DNA of 52,963 nt from a virus: the IMG/VR virus record IMGVR_UViG_3300049028_000001. One strand, given 5' to 3'. The position numbers and the translations under genes are program-made. Position 1 is the stretch's first letter; each line of letters begins with the position of its first letter. Under the pieces are notes generated by a model that saw only the letters and a program-made list of their open reading frames with translations, was not told the DNA's origin and did not search any database. Below, piece by piece: positions 52,102 through 52,963 of the stretch.

Positions 52102-52473
52102 TTATTTACCTCGGGCAGCATCAGCATTCATACTAGATTCTAATGCGTCGATTTGTTGCTGTTTAATAGTTTGATCTTCTTTATACCATTCCTTAGGAAT
52201 ACGCATAACAACAGCTTTCATACCTTGTCCTACAGATACCTCAGTAGCAGATCCTAGAGTAGACGGCTTATCTACACGGTTATCTCCTACCTTAGCATCA
52301 GGAACAATTTCGTAGCCTTGTTCTTGAAGTAACTCAACACGATCTTCGACGACATTAACGATACGATAATGGTAATTAGGATCCACATCTTTAACAGTTA
52401 GCTTACTACGAACTGCTAGGGGTGTCCTACGTGGCCTGACTACAGGCGCTTTTGATGTTAGCTCTTTTGCCAT
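52102..52473 (-). CDS. head-module hypothetical protein
   Basis: 123-aa track ORF, 2 nt after the scaffold-like gene. Confidence 0.45.
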   Translation of the reverse strand: MAKELTSKAPVVRPRRTPLAVRSKLTVKDVDPNYHYRIVNVVEDRVELLQEQGYEIVPDAKVGDNRVDKPSTLGSATEVSVGQGMKAVVMRIPKEWYKEDQTIKQQQIDALESSMNADAARGK

Positions 52474-52475
52474 GT

Positions 52476-52963
52476 TTATTTCCTTGCTTTGATTGCCTTA
52501 AGATCAGCAATATACTGCTCTTTGGTAATTAACGGCTTTCCGTTCTTATCTCTTTCCGAAAGAAGAGTTTTCATCACAGTCTCTTCTTGTGGAGTAAGTG
52601 CATAATCCTCTTTAGACGCACGTGAAGTAGTACGGGTACTGCCAGGGCTCTCTACTGCCCCAGGACGATCTCGATTAGGATTATGAAACTTATTCGGGAA
52701 TTCTTTACGTACCTCAGCTTCTACCTTCTTTAGTACTTCAGAGGGTGCTAGACCTAGTTTAGCAAACTCTAATCCCTTAAAGTCAGCAAAGGTCTTCATG
52801 TGAGGTTGGGTAGCATACCAATCATTCTTTTCTACCCATGAAGCAAATTCAGGATGTATCTGAGTTTCTTGAGCTACTTGCTTAACCTGCTGTAAAGCAG
52901 TTTTAGCTTCTTGTTCTACAGACTCAATCTCTTCTTCGAGTTGGTCTGCTTTTTCAAAGTCCC
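52476..52963 (-). CDS. putative scaffolding/assembly protein, C-terminal part (same gene as 1..461)
   Basis: The frame of track ORF 52476..52799 stays open upstream to the window end. ...HPEFASWVEKNDWYATQPHMKTFADFKG joins the 1..461 segment through the 127-nt overlap. Confidence 0.5.
   Translation of the reverse strand, partial: DFEKADQLEEEIESVEQEAKTALQQVKQVAQETQIHPEFASWVEKNDWYATQPHMKTFADFKGLEFAKLGLAPSEVLKKVEAEVRKEFPNKFHNPNRDRPGAVESPGSTRTTSRASKEDYALTPQEETVMKTLLSERDKNGKPLITKEQYIADLKAIKARK
52837..52963. repeat. second copy of the 127-nt terminal overlap
   Basis: Identical to 1..127 by eye. Confidence 0.9.

Noticed and set aside
1-52963. tRNA genes, CRISPR arrays, integrase/attP, reverse transcriptase (DGR/retron), single-subunit RNA polymerase, tape-measure or sheath genes
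   Set aside because: I scanned the ORF track and intergenic regions by eye. I found no T-loop/cloverleaf candidates, no regularly spaced repeats, no recombinase or RT motifs, and no ORF of suitable size or motif for RNAP. Absence by eye is not proof; tRNAscan-SE and HMM searches would settle it.

Overview
The window is a complete, circularly closed dsDNA tailed-phage genome. The first 127 nt are identical to the last 127 nt and an ORF reads in frame through the junction, so the unique length is about 52,836 bp.

Layout:
- A divergent promoter hub lies at about 5.8-5.95 kb.
- Leftward on the minus strand, wrapping through the window junction down to 34.36 kb, runs one long late operon. It encodes small terminase-like protein, HNH, a membrane protein, large terminase, portal, a GroES-like protein, scaffold-like protein, capsid, three beta-helix proteins, adaptor/nozzle-like proteins, three internal (ejection) proteins and a GH19 endolysin.
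- Rightward on the plus strand come three blocks:
  - a monocistronic early gene (6.0-6.35 kb);
  - a visibly more G+C-rich, promoter-to-terminator early operon of small ORFs (7.1-10.5 kb);
  - a long middle/replication block (10.5-34.3 kb).
- The replication block carries a T7-type module: primase, DnaB-like helicase, family A polymerase, gp6-like exonuclease and endonuclease I. It also carries nucleotide-metabolism genes: a ThyX-like protein, MazG and a class II ribonucleotide reductase.
- I found no phage RNA polymerase, integrase, tRNA or CRISPR array. I did see sigma70-type promoters and rho-independent terminators, so host RNAP dependence and a lytic lifestyle are inferred.

Most noteworthy observations:
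1. A seven-gene amidoligase / glutamine-amidotransferase / ATP-grasp cassette (12.98-18.1 kb) has no known product.
2. The DNA polymerase gene is split by two mini-ORFs exactly before motif A. Its restart is then broken by a 2-nt frame offset at a CUU-UAG site inside motif A.
3. The RNR gene is interrupted by two group I introns, carrying a LAGLIDADG and an HNH homing endonuclease. Exon junctions are reconstructable by eye.
4. A roughly 250-nt ORF-free, strongly structured transcript sits behind a near-consensus promoter between primase and helicase.
5. A roughly 800-bp ORF-free gap opens the G+C-rich early module.
6. Unusual virion-module cargo is present: a GNAT-like segment inside the 1405-aa internal protein, a signal-peptide DUF1996-like protein and a GroES-like protein.

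All family assignments come from motifs recognised by eye. No database search was run.
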